62,644 nt of DNA, filler included, from an uncultured Acidimicrobiia bacterium (GCA_964347285.1; 22 parts of 22 records of this genome joined end to end with filler, not necessarily neighbours in it); one strand, 5' to 3'; shown: positions 31,416 through 41,423, numbered from the whole stretch's first letter. The notes: generated by a model from the letters alone, not told the origin. Numbers and translations: made by a program.

Positions 31416-31514
31416 GCCGGACGGTCGCCGCGATGGTGGTAATGACGGCACCGATCTTCCTGGAGAGCGGCCCAAGTGGGCACGCTCATCCGTTCCGACC
31501 GAAGCGAGCCGTCC

Positions 31515-31532
31515 CAGCGGACTCATAATCCG
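31515..31532 (+). other. Isolated tRNA(CAU) anticodon-arm fragment (possible att scar)
   Basis: CAGCGGACTCATAATCCG = CGGA/TCCG stem with a CTCATAA loop; no D-arm or T-arm nearby. Confidence 0.4.
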
Positions 31533-31725
31533 GTGCCACCGATCCTCTTCGGCCGCCTATCTACTCACGGACCAGGGGTGGCGTGGCGCAAACGGAGGAG
31601 GTCGGCCGATGAGGGCGGCGCTCTTCGATGCCCGATCCGATAGGCAGGCCGGCAGCGGCCGAGGCTCCAACCGCCGACGTGCTAGTGGCTCGGTCTGCCG
31701 ACCCCTGCTGCCCGGCGCAGAATGC

Positions 31726-32463
31726 TCAGTCGGTTATCCGGAACTTGAACTTGAGCTCCTGCGAACCGATCTCCGTCCAGGTCGGGCCTAGGTCTTCTGG
31801 TGGTGCGTTTCCAAAACATCCCGCGCCGGGCTCGTAATTCGTGTACCTCGACAGCTTGAAGCTGCCGGTCACCTTTACCTCGTCCTGTACCTTCTCCTGG
31901 CTTTCCAGCTCGACGAGGGCGAGTGTGTATCGATCGCGGACGCGGGGACTGCCCTCCTTGGACTTCTTGCCATGCGTTCTCGGCTCATCATCCACACAGG
32001 CATTGAAGTGCCAGACGAACTCGGCCAGGTCGCCGGTGCGATCGAAGGCCATCCACAGCAACGTTCCGATTCCGGAGTCGGGGACGGGTGAGTCTTGGCG
32101 CGTGCCATAGTCGCATTCGCCCATTTCGAAGGTGAGCGGCGGCGGCGGCTCCTCGAATCTGGCGTACAGGTCCAGGTCGGCCGGGTCGCCGTAGCCGGCG
32201 TAGGCAAAGGCGAGCAGCGAAGTGCCGTCCCCCCGCCAGGATTCCTTGACCATCTCCAAGGGCCACGAATAACAGTTCGCCAGTCCAGGCTCGTCGTGGA
32301 CGAACGAGAACGTGACCTGCGCCGGGGGAGGAGGATCGTCTCGCTTGGCCGTGGCGGGCGTGGTGGCGGCCAGGACGAGGGCCACGGTGAGTGCCAGGAC
32401 CACCGGCCCGGTCGTTGTTCGCCACAGAGACCGCCGGGGGTGCTTGGGGGATGTGCTTGCCAT
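31726..32463 (-). CDS. Secreted hypothetical protein
   Basis: Arg-rich n-region, hydrophobic h-region, ATA cleavage site; AGGAG upstream; four Cys. Confidence 0.65.
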   Translation of the reverse strand: MASTSPKHPRRSLWRTTTGPVVLALTVALVLAATTPATAKRDDPPPPAQVTFSFVHDEPGLANCYSWPLEMVKESWRGDGTSLLAFAYAGYGDPADLDLYARFEEPPPPLTFEMGECDYGTRQDSPVPDSGIGTLLWMAFDRTGDLAEFVWHFNACVDDEPRTHGKKSKEGSPRVRDRYTLALVELESQEKVQDEVKVTGSFKLSRYTNYEPGAGCFGNAPPEDLGPTWTEIGSQELKFKFRITD

Positions 32464-32657
32464 GATCTGGACTCCTTCTCGCGGAGCGCAATGTGGAATG
32501 GCCCGACCGAATCGGCGGTCGAGTTGGTGCGCGCGGCNNNNNNNNNNNNNNNNNNNNNNNNNNNNNNNNNNNNNNNNNNNNTTAATTAATTAANNNNNNN
32601 NNNNNNNNNNNNNNNNNNNNNNNNNNNNNNNNNNNNNAGCAGGGCTAGCGTCGGCCC

Positions 32658-33353
32658 ATGGAGTTCTTCGGCGACGTCGTGGGCGACGCCCTCGACCTCC
32701 TGCGTACCTTCCCTCCCGAGATGCGCCGGGTGGTGGTTCTCACCCTGTGGGTCTCGGGCCTGGCAACGCTGATCGGCGTGCTGATCGGGATCCCCGTCGG
32801 AGTGGCTCTGGGGCTGGGCCGGTTCCGGGGCCGGTCGGCTCTCCTGGCGATCGTCAACACCGGCATGGGCTTGCCCCCCGTCCTGGCCGGCCTGTTTCTC
32901 CTGTTGCTGTTGTGGGGGGAGGGGCCGCTGGGCTCGTGGGCACTGCTGTTCACACCGACCGCCATGGTGGCCGCCCAGGTGCTGCTGGCGACACCCATTG
33001 CCGCCGGCGTGACGGCCGGTTCGATAAGGGCGCTGTCTCCGGATACCCGGGAGCAGCTGACGGCTTTGCGCCTGACCCGTTGGAGGGGAGGATGGGTGGC
33101 GGCCCGGGAAGCTTGGCCGGGGGTCGCCGCCGGTGTGGCGGCCGCCTTCGGCCGCGTGGTTTCCGAGGTGGGAGCTGTGCTCATCGTCGGCGGCAACATC
33201 AGAGGCGAGACCCGAGTGCTCACGACGGCGATCGTGCAAGAGGCACGGCAGGCCCGGTTTGGGGCCGCCCTCGCCTTCGGCATCGTGCTGCTCGTCTTCG
33301 CGCTGGTCATCAACGGCGCGTTGACGTACTTCCAGGTCCGGGAGGCCCGATGA
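32658..33353 (+). CDS. tupB: Tungstate/molybdate ABC transporter permease
   Basis: NTGMGLPPV, LLFTPTAMV.AQ, FGRVVSEVGA..IVGGNIRGETRVLTTAI. Confidence 0.88.
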   Translation: MEFFGDVVGDALDLLRTFPPEMRRVVVLTLWVSGLATLIGVLIGIPVGVALGLGRFRGRSALLAIVNTGMGLPPVLAGLFLLLLLWGEGPLGSWALLFTPTAMVAAQVLLATPIAAGVTAGSIRALSPDTREQLTALRLTRWRGGWVAAREAWPGVAAGVAAAFGRVVSEVGAVLIVGGNIRGETRVLTTAIVQEARQARFGAALAFGIVLLVFALVINGALTYFQVREAR

Positions 33354-34348
33354 GCGCGATCACCATCGAGGGACTCAGCCATCGCTTGGGCGGGGACCGG
33401 GAGCTGATGGTGGATCATCTCGAGGTCGGGATCGGGGAGCGGTTGGTGCTGTTCGGCCCGAACGGGGCCGGAAAGTCCACGCTCTTGCGGTTGATCGCCG
33501 GGACGCTGCCGGGCGGGCCGAACGTGCCCTCGGCCTACCTCCCGCAACGTCCCGTGCTGTTTCGGGGCCGGGCCGCCTGGAACCTGGATCTGGGTCTCGA
33601 CGAGGAGCAACGGGACCGGGCCCGTTCCCTGGCCGCCGAGTTTGGCGTCGCCGACCTGCTGGAGCGCAACGCCCGAACCCTGAGTGGAGGTGAGCGGCAG
33701 CGCCTCGCCCTGGCACGGGCCCTGGCCCGATCCGAGCCGGTCGTCCTGTTGGACGAGCCGCTGGCTCCGCTCGACGCGCAGGATCGTCTGGCGATGGCGA
33801 GACACATCGTGGCGGCCATCGGTGAGCGAACGGCCGTGATCGTTACCCACGATCGCGACGAGGCGGCACTGCTGGGACAGCGCATCGCCGTAGTGGTGGA
33901 CGGCCAAATCCTTCAGGTCGGCGACGTAAACCAGGTGCTGTCGGCGCCGGGAGACAGCCGGGTAGCCGCGGCAGCAGGCGTCGGCAACGTAGTGCGAGGC
34001 GAGGTCATCCAGATCGACGGCCCCCTGGCCGCTCTTAAGGCGGGTCCACTGGTGGTGTGGGGAGTCGGACCGGCGCCGGTCGGTGCGCCGGCGACTGCGC
34101 TGTTCGGAGCAGAGACGGTCACGGTGTTCGGCGGCGTGGCCGCGGACGCGGGATCGGCCCGTAATAAGTGGGTCGGAACGGTCGTCGAGGTGCGTCCGGT
34201 GGGCCGGCTGGTGGAGATGGTGGTCGAGTGCGGGGTGCGGGTGGCGGCACTGCTCACTCCGGGATCGATCGAGGCATTGCAGAGCGTTGTGGGTGACGAG
34301 GTGACCCTCGCCGTGAAGGCCACCGCGGTCGGCGTGGTGGAGGGATGA
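33350..34348 (+). CDS. tupC: Tungstate/molybdate ABC ATPase with TOBE domains
   Basis: GPNGAGKST, LSGGE, LLDEP, VTHD; SARN...VKATAV TOBE; ATGA overlap with tupB. Confidence 0.85.
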   Translation: MSAITIEGLSHRLGGDRELMVDHLEVGIGERLVLFGPNGAGKSTLLRLIAGTLPGGPNVPSAYLPQRPVLFRGRAAWNLDLGLDEEQRDRARSLAAEFGVADLLERNARTLSGGERQRLALARALARSEPVVLLDEPLAPLDAQDRLAMARHIVAAIGERTAVIVTHDRDEAALLGQRIAVVVDGQILQVGDVNQVLSAPGDSRVAAAAGVGNVVRGEVIQIDGPLAALKAGPLVVWGVGPAPVGAPATALFGAETVTVFGGVAADAGSARNKWVGTVVEVRPVGRLVEMVVECGVRVAALLTPGSIEALQSVVGDEVTLAVKATAVGVVEG

Positions 34349-35157
34349 GGAAAGAGGCTTCGACACTCCTCGCCGTGGCCGTGACACTCGCTTCCTGCGG
34401 GGGAACCTCCCCCGATCGAGTAGTGGTCGCCGCCGGCACGACGCTGGTCGACAGCGGCCTGCTCGATGCCATCGTCGAGCGGTACGAGGAGGAGCGTCCC
34501 CGAACCGAGCTCTCGGTCGTCGGTGAATCGACCCTGCACGTGCTGGAACTGGGGCGTAGGGGCGGAGCCGACCTGCTGCTCACCCACGCTCCTCTGGCCG
34601 AAGAGGCCTTCGTGGCCGACGGCCTGGCCGCGTCTCGCCGCCCGGTGCTGTGCAGCAGATTCCTTCTGGCGGGTCCGCCCGACCGGGCGAAGGTGTTGGC
34701 GGGCCTCACCGCAGCGGAAGCACTGCGGCGCCTGGCCGGAGAGAGATGGACGTTCGTGACCAGGGCCGACGGTTCCGGTACCCATGCCCGCGAGGTGGAG
34801 CTGTGGGGGGAGGCCGGCCTCGATCCGACCGGCGCCGAGTGGTACGTCGAGACCGGGCTGGGCATGGGGCCGACCCTCCAGGTGGCCGACCAGCGCCGGG
34901 CGTTCACCCTGGCCGAGATCGGTGCGTTTCGGGCCGCCGAGGAGGACCTGTCGCTCGTGGAGGTGCGGCTCCGGGCCGGCGAGCCGGGCCGGCTCGACAA
35001 CCCGTACTCGGCCATCGTGGTGGAGGGTGAGCAGGCGAGTGCGGCCGGGGCTTTCGTCGATTGGCTGCAGTCTCCCCAAGGGCAGGAAGTGATCGTCACG
35101 GTGAACGAGGAGCTGTTCGGGGAGGTGCTGTATGCCCCGGGGGAGTGTCCCCCCTGA
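34345..35157 (+). CDS. tupA: TupA-like oxyanion-binding lipoprotein
   Basis: LASC lipobox, GTTLVDSGLL, THAP..EE.FV..G, RADGSGTH..E..LW, GMGPTL, NPYS. Confidence 0.82.
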   Translation: MRKEASTLLAVAVTLASCGGTSPDRVVVAAGTTLVDSGLLDAIVERYEEERPRTELSVVGESTLHVLELGRRGGADLLLTHAPLAEEAFVADGLAASRRPVLCSRFLLAGPPDRAKVLAGLTAAEALRRLAGERWTFVTRADGSGTHAREVELWGEAGLDPTGAEWYVETGLGMGPTLQVADQRRAFTLAEIGAFRAAEEDLSLVEVRLRAGEPGRLDNPYSAIVVEGEQASAAGAFVDWLQSPQGQEVIVTVNEELFGEVLYAPGECPP

Positions 35158-35208
35158 GCGGCAGCACGTAACCGGCAAGGGGGCCCGGGGCTAGATTCGG
35201 CGGAGAGC

Positions 35209-35359
35209 ATGGCCACGTATCGGGAGCGGGTCGCCGCCGCCAAACGGCGCATCACCGAGATCGAGCCGGCCGAGCTCGAGGCCCGACTGGACGAGGTCCT
35301 CGTCATCGACGTGCGCGAGCCTCACGAGTACCAGCAGGGTGCCGTCGAGGGAGCCCGGC
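35209..35359 (+). CDS. moeB: Rhodanese-MoeB fusion, 5' part (continues at 58269..57193)
   Basis: IDVREPHEYQQG; the last 55 nt are the reverse complement of 58215-58269. Confidence 0.88.
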
Positions 35360-35471
35360 NNNNNNNNNNNNNNNNNNNNNNNNNNNNNNNNNNNNNNNNN
35401 NNNTTAATTAATTAANNNNNNNNNNNNNNNNNNNNNNNNNNNNNNNNNNNNNNNNNNNNGCTAGCGGCGCT

Positions 35472-36077
35472 CTAGGAGATCAACCCGCCGCCAAGCAGCG
35501 AGGCCCGGATCACGATCCGCTGGCGGGCCGAGCCCTTGGGATGGCAGGCGAACAGCGTGGCGATGGCCCGGCCGGTCTCGTAGGTGATCCAGATGTCGTC
35601 GGGGGTGACGAACAGCGTCTCCTCCACCCGATAGCGCACCTCGTGGCCGGACGCCGTCGAGAAGTAGATGAGGTCTCCGGGAGCGAGCTTGTCGAGATCG
35701 TGGAAGGGCGCCGAGTAGGTGGTGCGGTGCCCGGCCAGCACCAGGTTGCCCGGGCCGCCCGGCGCCGAGGTGCCCACCCAGTAGGCCGGACCCCGGTTGA
35801 TCACCGAGATGTCCACCCCGGCCCGGATGGTCTCGTCGACGCCGATGGCGGGAATGCGCATGGTCCCCAAGGGCGTACCCAGCGATTGCACGGCGGCGTT
35901 CACCGCCTGCCGTGACCCGGCCGGGGTGAGGGTGGGCTCGTCCACCGACGAGCCCGAGATGACGCGGGCCAGTTCCGGGGACTCGACGGCCCCGGCCCCG
36001 GCCGACGTGACGGTCATGAGCGCCAGGGCCACGGCCAGGGAGGCGATTACGCGGTTGCTGGGTACCGACACGTTCAC
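35472..36077 (-). CDS. Sortase (class D/E-like)
   Basis: IPAIGV, LAGHRTTYSAPF, TLFACHP, RQRIV (His/Cys/Arg triad). Confidence 0.9.
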   Translation of the reverse strand: MNVSVPSNRVIASLAVALALMTVTSAGAGAVESPELARVISGSSVDEPTLTPAGSRQAVNAAVQSLGTPLGTMRIPAIGVDETIRAGVDISVINRGPAYWVGTSAPGGPGNLVLAGHRTTYSAPFHDLDKLAPGDLIYFSTASGHEVRYRVEETLFVTPDDIWITYETGRAIATLFACHPKGSARQRIVIRASLLGGGLIS

Positions 36078-36132
36078 GCCAAACTCTATCGGTCCAGCGG
36101 GATCACGACTACAGAGCGTAGAATGCGGCGCC

Positions 36133-36708
36133 GTGCAGGCCTACGCCCCCACCGTCTTGGCCGCCCGGGTGCTGCCCCGCAGCCGGACGGTCACCATCGG
36201 CCTGGTGATCGGCTTCGCGCTGCTGACCGCCGGCGCCGCCCAGATCGCCATACCGCTTCCCTTCACCCCGGTGCCCATCACCGGGCAGACCATCGCCGTC
36301 CTGCTCTCGGGAGCGGTCATCGGCAGCACCGCCGGCGCCGCCTCGATGGGGTTGTACGTGCTGTTGGGAGGCATGGGCCTGCCCTTCTACGCCGACGGCG
36401 CCTCGGGCTGGGAGGTGCTGGGCGGTCCGACCGGCGGCTACCTGGTCGGCTTCGTGGTGGCCTCCTGGTTCGTCGGCTACCTGGCCGAGCGCCGCCAGGA
36501 CCGCCGCATCGCCACCGCCGTCCCGGCGTTCCTGGCCGGGAGCGTGATCATCTACACCTTCGGGGTGGCCTGGCTGGCCTACGACCTGGGGGTCTCGGTC
36601 ACCGAGGCCCTCGAGCTGGGGATGGTGCCGTTCGTGGTCGGCGACCTCCTCAAGGCGGTCCTGGCCGGGGCGTTGCTGCCGACGGCGTGGAAGCTGGTCG
36701 GCGAGTAG
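36133..36708 (+). CDS. bioY: Biotin ECF transporter S component
   Basis: PFTPVPITGQT, GLPFYA, GPTGGYLVGF, PFVVGDLLK. Confidence 0.93.
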   Translation: MQAYAPTVLAARVLPRSRTVTIGLVIGFALLTAGAAQIAIPLPFTPVPITGQTIAVLLSGAVIGSTAGAASMGLYVLLGGMGLPFYADGASGWEVLGGPTGGYLVGFVVASWFVGYLAERRQDRRIATAVPAFLAGSVIIYTFGVAWLAYDLGVSVTEALELGMVPFVVGDLLKAVLAGALLPTAWKLVGE

Positions 36709-36862
36709 GGGATTCGGTCCCCCCACCTGAAGACTGAAGACCGACCGCTGAGGACGGCGAGCGATGGCCACCCTGAGTCGGCGAGCCCGGGTAGGCACAG
36801 CTGATGGGCGACGAAGCTCACCCCCCCACTTTCACCCGTCGACCGTGGTTCCCAGCGGCCGT

Positions 36863-38029
36863 CTATCCCACCGGTTCGATATCGACGGCCAGCACGATGA
36901 ACTGGGTGAACTGACCTGGGCTGAAGTTGTTGTCGCTCACGATCACCAGCGTGTGCCGCCCGTCGGGCAGGGAGGGACCGAAGGTCATGCCCTCGATGTT
37001 GTCGATCGGGATGCCCAGATCGTCGAAGGCGAAGACCTCGCGCTGTGACACCGGCGTGAAGGGGATCGGAGAACCACCCTCGAACAGGGCGTCGATGCCC
37101 AACACGTCGGTCGCCCCTCGCGTCGAGACCTCGTTGATCACGACGACGTTGCCGGTGCCGCCGCCGAGAACACCCCCTACCGAGAACGATCGCTCCATCA
37201 CCAGCATCGTCCCCGCATCGTCGATGGGCAGGACTTCGACGATCCCGTTCACACCGAAGATCGCCGATGGCTCCGCCCACGGCGCCACCTCGTACCCGTA
37301 CTCGGCGACAGGCGTGCGCCGGGCCAGGTCGTAGACGAGTATCCGGGAGAGGCTGCCGTTGGTGAACGTGGAGGCAGGCCCGTCCTGGAACAGCGCTCCT
37401 TCGCCTGCGGTGACCAGACTGCGCCGGTCGGGCGTGGTGTTCAGGCTCTCGAACGAGAGATTGAACCGCACCCCCTTGTCGACGCCGTTCGGGATGTACT
37501 TGTCGGGGATGGGCAGGTCTGCGGTGACCCGCCCGTTGAGGTTGTAGCGCCTGATGAACGGGTCGATGATCGGGTCGGCAAGGATGTTCCCTTCCGAGGA
37601 CATGAAGAGAAACCCCTCCCGGCCCAGCACGAACCCCTCCGGATCGAGCCCGCCGTCGGGGAACGGTGTCTTCCGGCTCTCGAACAGCTGAGTGGTCGCA
37701 ACGAACTCGACATCGCCGTCATCCAGGGTCCCGTCGCCCAGGTCGATGGCGACGGTGTAATACCTGACCGGATCCCCCGTGGGCCGATTGCCCTGGTCGT
37801 CCGAGAGCGTGTAGTAGACGCCCCGCTCGGCGTCATAGGTGATGCTCGATAGACCACCGATCTCCGTGCCCTCGAACTCGGTGCCGGTCGGCACGACGAC
37901 CTCGCCGAGGAACTCGACGTCGACGACGGTCCGGGCGTCGCCGGACATCGCCACCGCAGGCGAGGCCACCAGCGCCGTCAGAACCACCGTCAGGATCAGT
38001 CCGAATCTTCTGCCCACGTACGTGTGCAC
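36863..38029 (-). CDS. Esterase-like activity of phytase family secreted protein
   Basis: Signal peptide, GGLSSI, LSDD, DPEG, SSEG, FESL, DNIEGMT, VSDNNF. Confidence 0.88.
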   Translation of the reverse strand: MHTYVGRRFGLILTVVLTALVASPAVAMSGDARTVVDVEFLGEVVVPTGTEFEGTEIGGLSSITYDAERGVYYTLSDDQGNRPTGDPVRYYTVAIDLGDGTLDDGDVEFVATTQLFESRKTPFPDGGLDPEGFVLGREGFLFMSSEGNILADPIIDPFIRRYNLNGRVTADLPIPDKYIPNGVDKGVRFNLSFESLNTTPDRRSLVTAGEGALFQDGPASTFTNGSLSRILVYDLARRTPVAEYGYEVAPWAEPSAIFGVNGIVEVLPIDDAGTMLVMERSFSVGGVLGGGTGNVVVINEVSTRGATDVLGIDALFEGGSPIPFTPVSQREVFAFDDLGIPIDNIEGMTFGPSLPDGRHTLVIVSDNNFSPGQFTQFIVLAVDIEPVG

Positions 38030-38251
38030 GTCTCCCCCTCCTCACTCTGAGTAGTCTGCGCCGAGCCTAGTCCGCCGGAGCAGGCCACTCTCCGGTGCGC
38101 CGTTCTCCCGCCGCCGTCGTCGGATGGCGAAAAGCACCGCTCCATCGTTCGNNNNNNNNNNNNNNNNNNNNNNNNNNNNNNNNNNNNNNNNNNNNTTAAT
38201 TAATTAANNNNNNNNNNNNNNNNNNNNNNNNNNNNNNNNNNNNNNNNNNNN

Positions 38252-38390
38252 GCCCGGCCACCGCCCGGGCCTTCGCTGCGTTCCTGTTCCACAGGACCAG
38301 GTCGAAACCGGCCCGGGCCAAGGTGCCGGCCATCGCACCACCCATCCGCCCGGTCCCCAGCACTCCCACGTGGGGGGTTGTGGCACTCAC
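38252..38390 (-). CDS. 3-hydroxyisobutyrate/6-phosphogluconate dehydrogenase-like NAD-binding protein, N-terminal fragment
   Basis: VGVLGTGRMGGAMA...WNR. Confidence 0.8.
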
Positions 38391-38400
38391 TGATCAGTGA
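38387..38400. promoter_or_regulatory. Candidate operator palindrome
   Basis: TCACTGATCAGTGA overlaps the dehydrogenase start; half-site ACACTGATC near 38560 upstream of the divergent SDR. Confidence 0.5.
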
Positions 38401-38613
38401 CACTACACAGACTGGGCCCGATGTTCACCTCGGGTCGTAGGAAAACCCGGGTGTACTCGGCCAACATCCCGCCCAGTACGGGCCGAAACCCCCGTGTGCC
38501 CGGAGCCCCGGCGGCCGGGCCGGGTCGGAAGGCCGAGGAGTCTTGATCAACCACACTGCACACTGATCGCCGAGTCTGTTTATCCTCGGCTCCTCGACCA
38601 AGGAGCGAATCGA

Positions 38614-39306
38614 ATGACAGAGGGGTCCGTACTCATCGTCGGCGGCACCGGGGGGATCGGGCGCGTGGTGGCCCGGCACTACCAGGAGCGGGGTACGCCG
38701 GTCATCATCACCGGGCGCGATGCGGATCGGGCCGCCGGGATTGCCGCCGAGTTGGGGGACGGCGTCACCGGCCTCGGCTTCGACCTGGCCCAACCGGAGA
38801 CCATCGCCGGTGCCCTGTCGGAGGTGGGTCCGGTCTCCCGCCTCGTGCTGGCGGCCATCGCCCGGGACGAGAACCCGGTCAAGGAGTACGACATCGCCGA
38901 CGCCCTCAATCTGACCACCATGAAGCTCGTCGGCTACACCGAGACCGTTCATGCCCTGCTGGACCGCTTCACCGATGACGCGTCCGTGGTCCTCTTCGGA
39001 GGGAGGGCCAAGGACCGGCCCTACCCCGGCTCGACCACCGTGACCACGGTGAACGGCGGGGTGAGCACGCTGATCCGCACCCTGGCCATCGAGCTGGCCC
39101 CGATCCGGTTCAACGCCATCCATCCCGGCATCGTCGGCGACAGCCCGTACTGGAAGGACAAGCCGCTCGACGGCTTCCTGGCGCGCACGCCGACCGGGCG
39201 CCTGGCGACGATGGCCGAGATCACCGACGCCACGGTGTTCCTGTTGGAGAACCGCGCCGTCAACGGCGTCAACCTCTACGTCGACGGCGGCTGGATGCTG
39301 ATGTGA
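38614..39306 (+). CDS. Atypical SDR family oxidoreductase
   Basis: VGGTGGIG, IELAPIRFNAIHPG, LYVDGG; lacks YxxxK. Confidence 0.88.
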   Translation: MTEGSVLIVGGTGGIGRVVARHYQERGTPVIITGRDADRAAGIAAELGDGVTGLGFDLAQPETIAGALSEVGPVSRLVLAAIARDENPVKEYDIADALNLTTMKLVGYTETVHALLDRFTDDASVVLFGGRAKDRPYPGSTTVTTVNGGVSTLIRTLAIELAPIRFNAIHPGIVGDSPYWKDKPLDGFLARTPTGRLATMAEITDATVFLLENRAVNGVNLYVDGGWMLM

Positions 39307-39941
39307 GCGACGCCCACCACGTCCCCGATGGTGCCGGCGGCATCGAAGGCATCGGCGATCGCCTCCGCGAGGAGAGGGTCAAGGCCGGCCTCAGCCAGCG
39401 CGAACTGGCCCGGCGGCTCGGCCTGTCGGCCAGCCTGATCTCCCAGCTCGAGAGCGGGTTGTCCAAGCCCTCGGTGGGGACGCTGTATTCGATCGTCACC
39501 GAGCTCGGCGTCTCGCTGGACAAGGTGATTCGCGGCGAGGACTTCTCGGCCGAGGCCGCACCGGAGAGCAGGTCCTCGCCGTCACCACTGGTGCATCCCG
39601 ACGAGCGGCAGGCCATAGAGCTGGACTCCGGGGTGGTATGGGAGGAGCTGACCGCCCAGACTGAGGACGGGGTCGACTTCCTCCATGCGATCTACGAAGT
39701 GGGCGGTGCCTCCACCCCGGACGATTCGCTGATGCGCCACCACGGCCGGGAGTACGGCTACATCATCTCCGGGCGGCTCGGCATCCAGATCGGCTTTCAG
39801 ACCTACGAGCTCGACCCGGGGGATTCCATCGCCTTCGATTCGACCACGCCCCACCGGCTGTACAACCGGGGGGACGAGCCGGTGCACGCCATCTGGTTCG
39901 TGGTCGGCCGGGACACCGACGGCCGCATCGAGAACCACTGA
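39303..39941 (+). CDS. XRE-family HTH + cupin transcriptional regulator
   Basis: LSQRELA..LGLSASLISQLESG..PSV; HHGREYG..SG; GDSIAFDSTTPH. Confidence 0.92.
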   Translation: MSDAHHVPDGAGGIEGIGDRLREERVKAGLSQRELARRLGLSASLISQLESGLSKPSVGTLYSIVTELGVSLDKVIRGEDFSAEAAPESRSSPSPLVHPDERQAIELDSGVVWEELTAQTEDGVDFLHAIYEVGGASTPDDSLMRHHGREYGYIISGRLGIQIGFQTYELDPGDSIAFDSTTPHRLYNRGDEPVHAIWFVVGRDTDGRIENH

Positions 39942-40016
39942 TTACGGGACGAGGCGACGGGTAGGCCGGTTGCCGGTAAGGAGCTCCCCGCGTTCGGCGG
40001 GCGTCGGGGGCTGAGG

Positions 40017-40427
40017 TCAACCCGCTTTCCAGGCCTCGATCTGACGCTGGACGTCGGCGGCATCGAACCATGCGTTCTCATAGCTGATCAGCCCATCCCG
40101 CAGTTCGAAGATGTGAAGGATCCGGGTCTTCACCGGGGCCCCTCCTCCTTCGATGCCCGCCCACTCACCATGCACGTGCCCGGACAGGATCGACTCGTCG
40201 ACGACGTATCTCCCCCCTTCACCCTCAAATCGCTTCACCGACTCGAGCTTGACGTCCGGGATGGCGTCGATGATCGAGGAGTAGACACTCCCCACTGCTT
40301 CCTTGCCGTGGAAGGGTGCGTCCGGATGGGTGACGTCGTCCCACACGATGTCGTCGGTGTAGGTGGCGAGGGTTCCCTCCACGTCATGGGCGTTCTCGGC
40401 TGCGAAGTGTCGGTCGATGATGTCCAC
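40017..40427 (-). CDS. SnoaL/NTF2-like protein
   Basis: HFAAENAHD, DDIVWDD, AIPD, IFELRDGLISYENAWFD. Confidence 0.85.
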   Translation of the reverse strand: MDIIDRHFAAENAHDVEGTLATYTDDIVWDDVTHPDAPFHGKEAVGSVYSSIIDAIPDVKLESVKRFEGEGGRYVVDESILSGHVHGEWAGIEGGGAPVKTRILHIFELRDGLISYENAWFDAADVQRQIEAWKAG

Positions 40428-40615
40428 GACATCTCCTCCTCGGTCTCTCTGGGCTGCCCGGGCACCATCTCAGCCGGACCACCGGGGTCCGCCGGCGCTC
40501 CTTGCATGATCTAGCGGTGCATCGCGCCGGTTCGGCCCGGCAGGCGGCGATCGGCGACGGCTTGCGGGTCGAGCAGTAGCCGCTCCCCGGCGCCGCCCGG
40601 CAGGAGGACGTGCGA

Positions 40616-40888
40616 CTAGGAGCCGTACTGGCCGCCGAGCTCGGCCATCTGGGGCTTGGTCTTGTGCCCGGCTCTTTGAAGGATCGGCGGGACCTCGGGG
40701 TCGGAGACGAAGCTCTGCCAGCCTTCTTCATCCCAGTCGAAGACCACCCAGACCCGGTCGTCCTCGTTGGGGTCGCGAAAGACCATCGAACCCTTGGAGC
40801 CGTGCTCCTTTCGCTTCCCGGCGCTCTCGCCTGCAAAGACCTCGATCCAGCGATCGAAATCCTCGATCTTCGTCGTTGCCAGGATCAC
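40616..40888 (-). CDS. Small ferredoxin-like-fold (ABM/cyclase-like) hypothetical protein
   Basis: KIEDFDRW..F...RKEHG....VFRDPNEDDRV.V.FDW; SD GGAGG. Confidence 0.7.
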   Translation of the reverse strand: MILATTKIEDFDRWIEVFAGESAGKRKEHGSKGSMVFRDPNEDDRVWVVFDWDEEGWQSFVSDPEVPPILQRAGHKTKPQMAELGGQYGS

Positions 40889-41028
40889 CCCTCTCCTCCT
40901 CCGTGATTTCGACGCGACTCGCTCGACGNNNNNNNNNNNNNNNNNNNNNNNNNNNNNNNNNNNNNNNNNNNNTTAATTAATTAANNNNNNNNNNNNNNNN
41001 NNNNNNNNNNNNNNNNNNNNNNNNNNNN

Positions 41029-41253
41029 GGCGTGGCCGACATCGAGTCCCTCGTAGCACTGGAGGCGAATCAACTCCTTCTTCAATATCGCCGAGAGCAC
41101 CTTGGCCACCTCGGTCTTGCCGACCCCGGCCTCCCCTTCGAGGAACAGCGGCTTGCCCAGTTGCAGCGCCAGGTGAACGGCCACCGCCAGCGAACGATCA
41201 GAGACGTAGCGCTGGCCGGTGAGGGAGTCGAGGACCTCGTCCACGGTGTTCAT
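41029..41253 (-). CDS. MoxR family AAA+ ATPase (CoxD-like), N-terminal fragment
   Basis: PLFLEGEAGVGKTEVAK...LIRLQCYEGLD. Confidence 0.9.
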
Positions 41254-41423
41254 GGCCGGGCCCAACCTAACGCAATCTCGAGCGCCGGTTTCCTGCCCGC
41301 AAAGGCCACGTTTCGTTCGGGCGCCCTTCCGGCACGGGACACGAACCCCCCTACCCCAGGCCTCGCTTCGCTCGCTTTGGGGGAGAAACAGCCCGGCTTG
41401 CGTTACCTTCCTCCAGCGAGGCG

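Noticed and set aside
41300..41420. Spacer between the coxM-like gene and moxR checked for a Moco riboswitch or SRP RNA
   Set aside because: No recognisable conserved cores; only a GCTTCGCTCGC-type low-complexity repeat.
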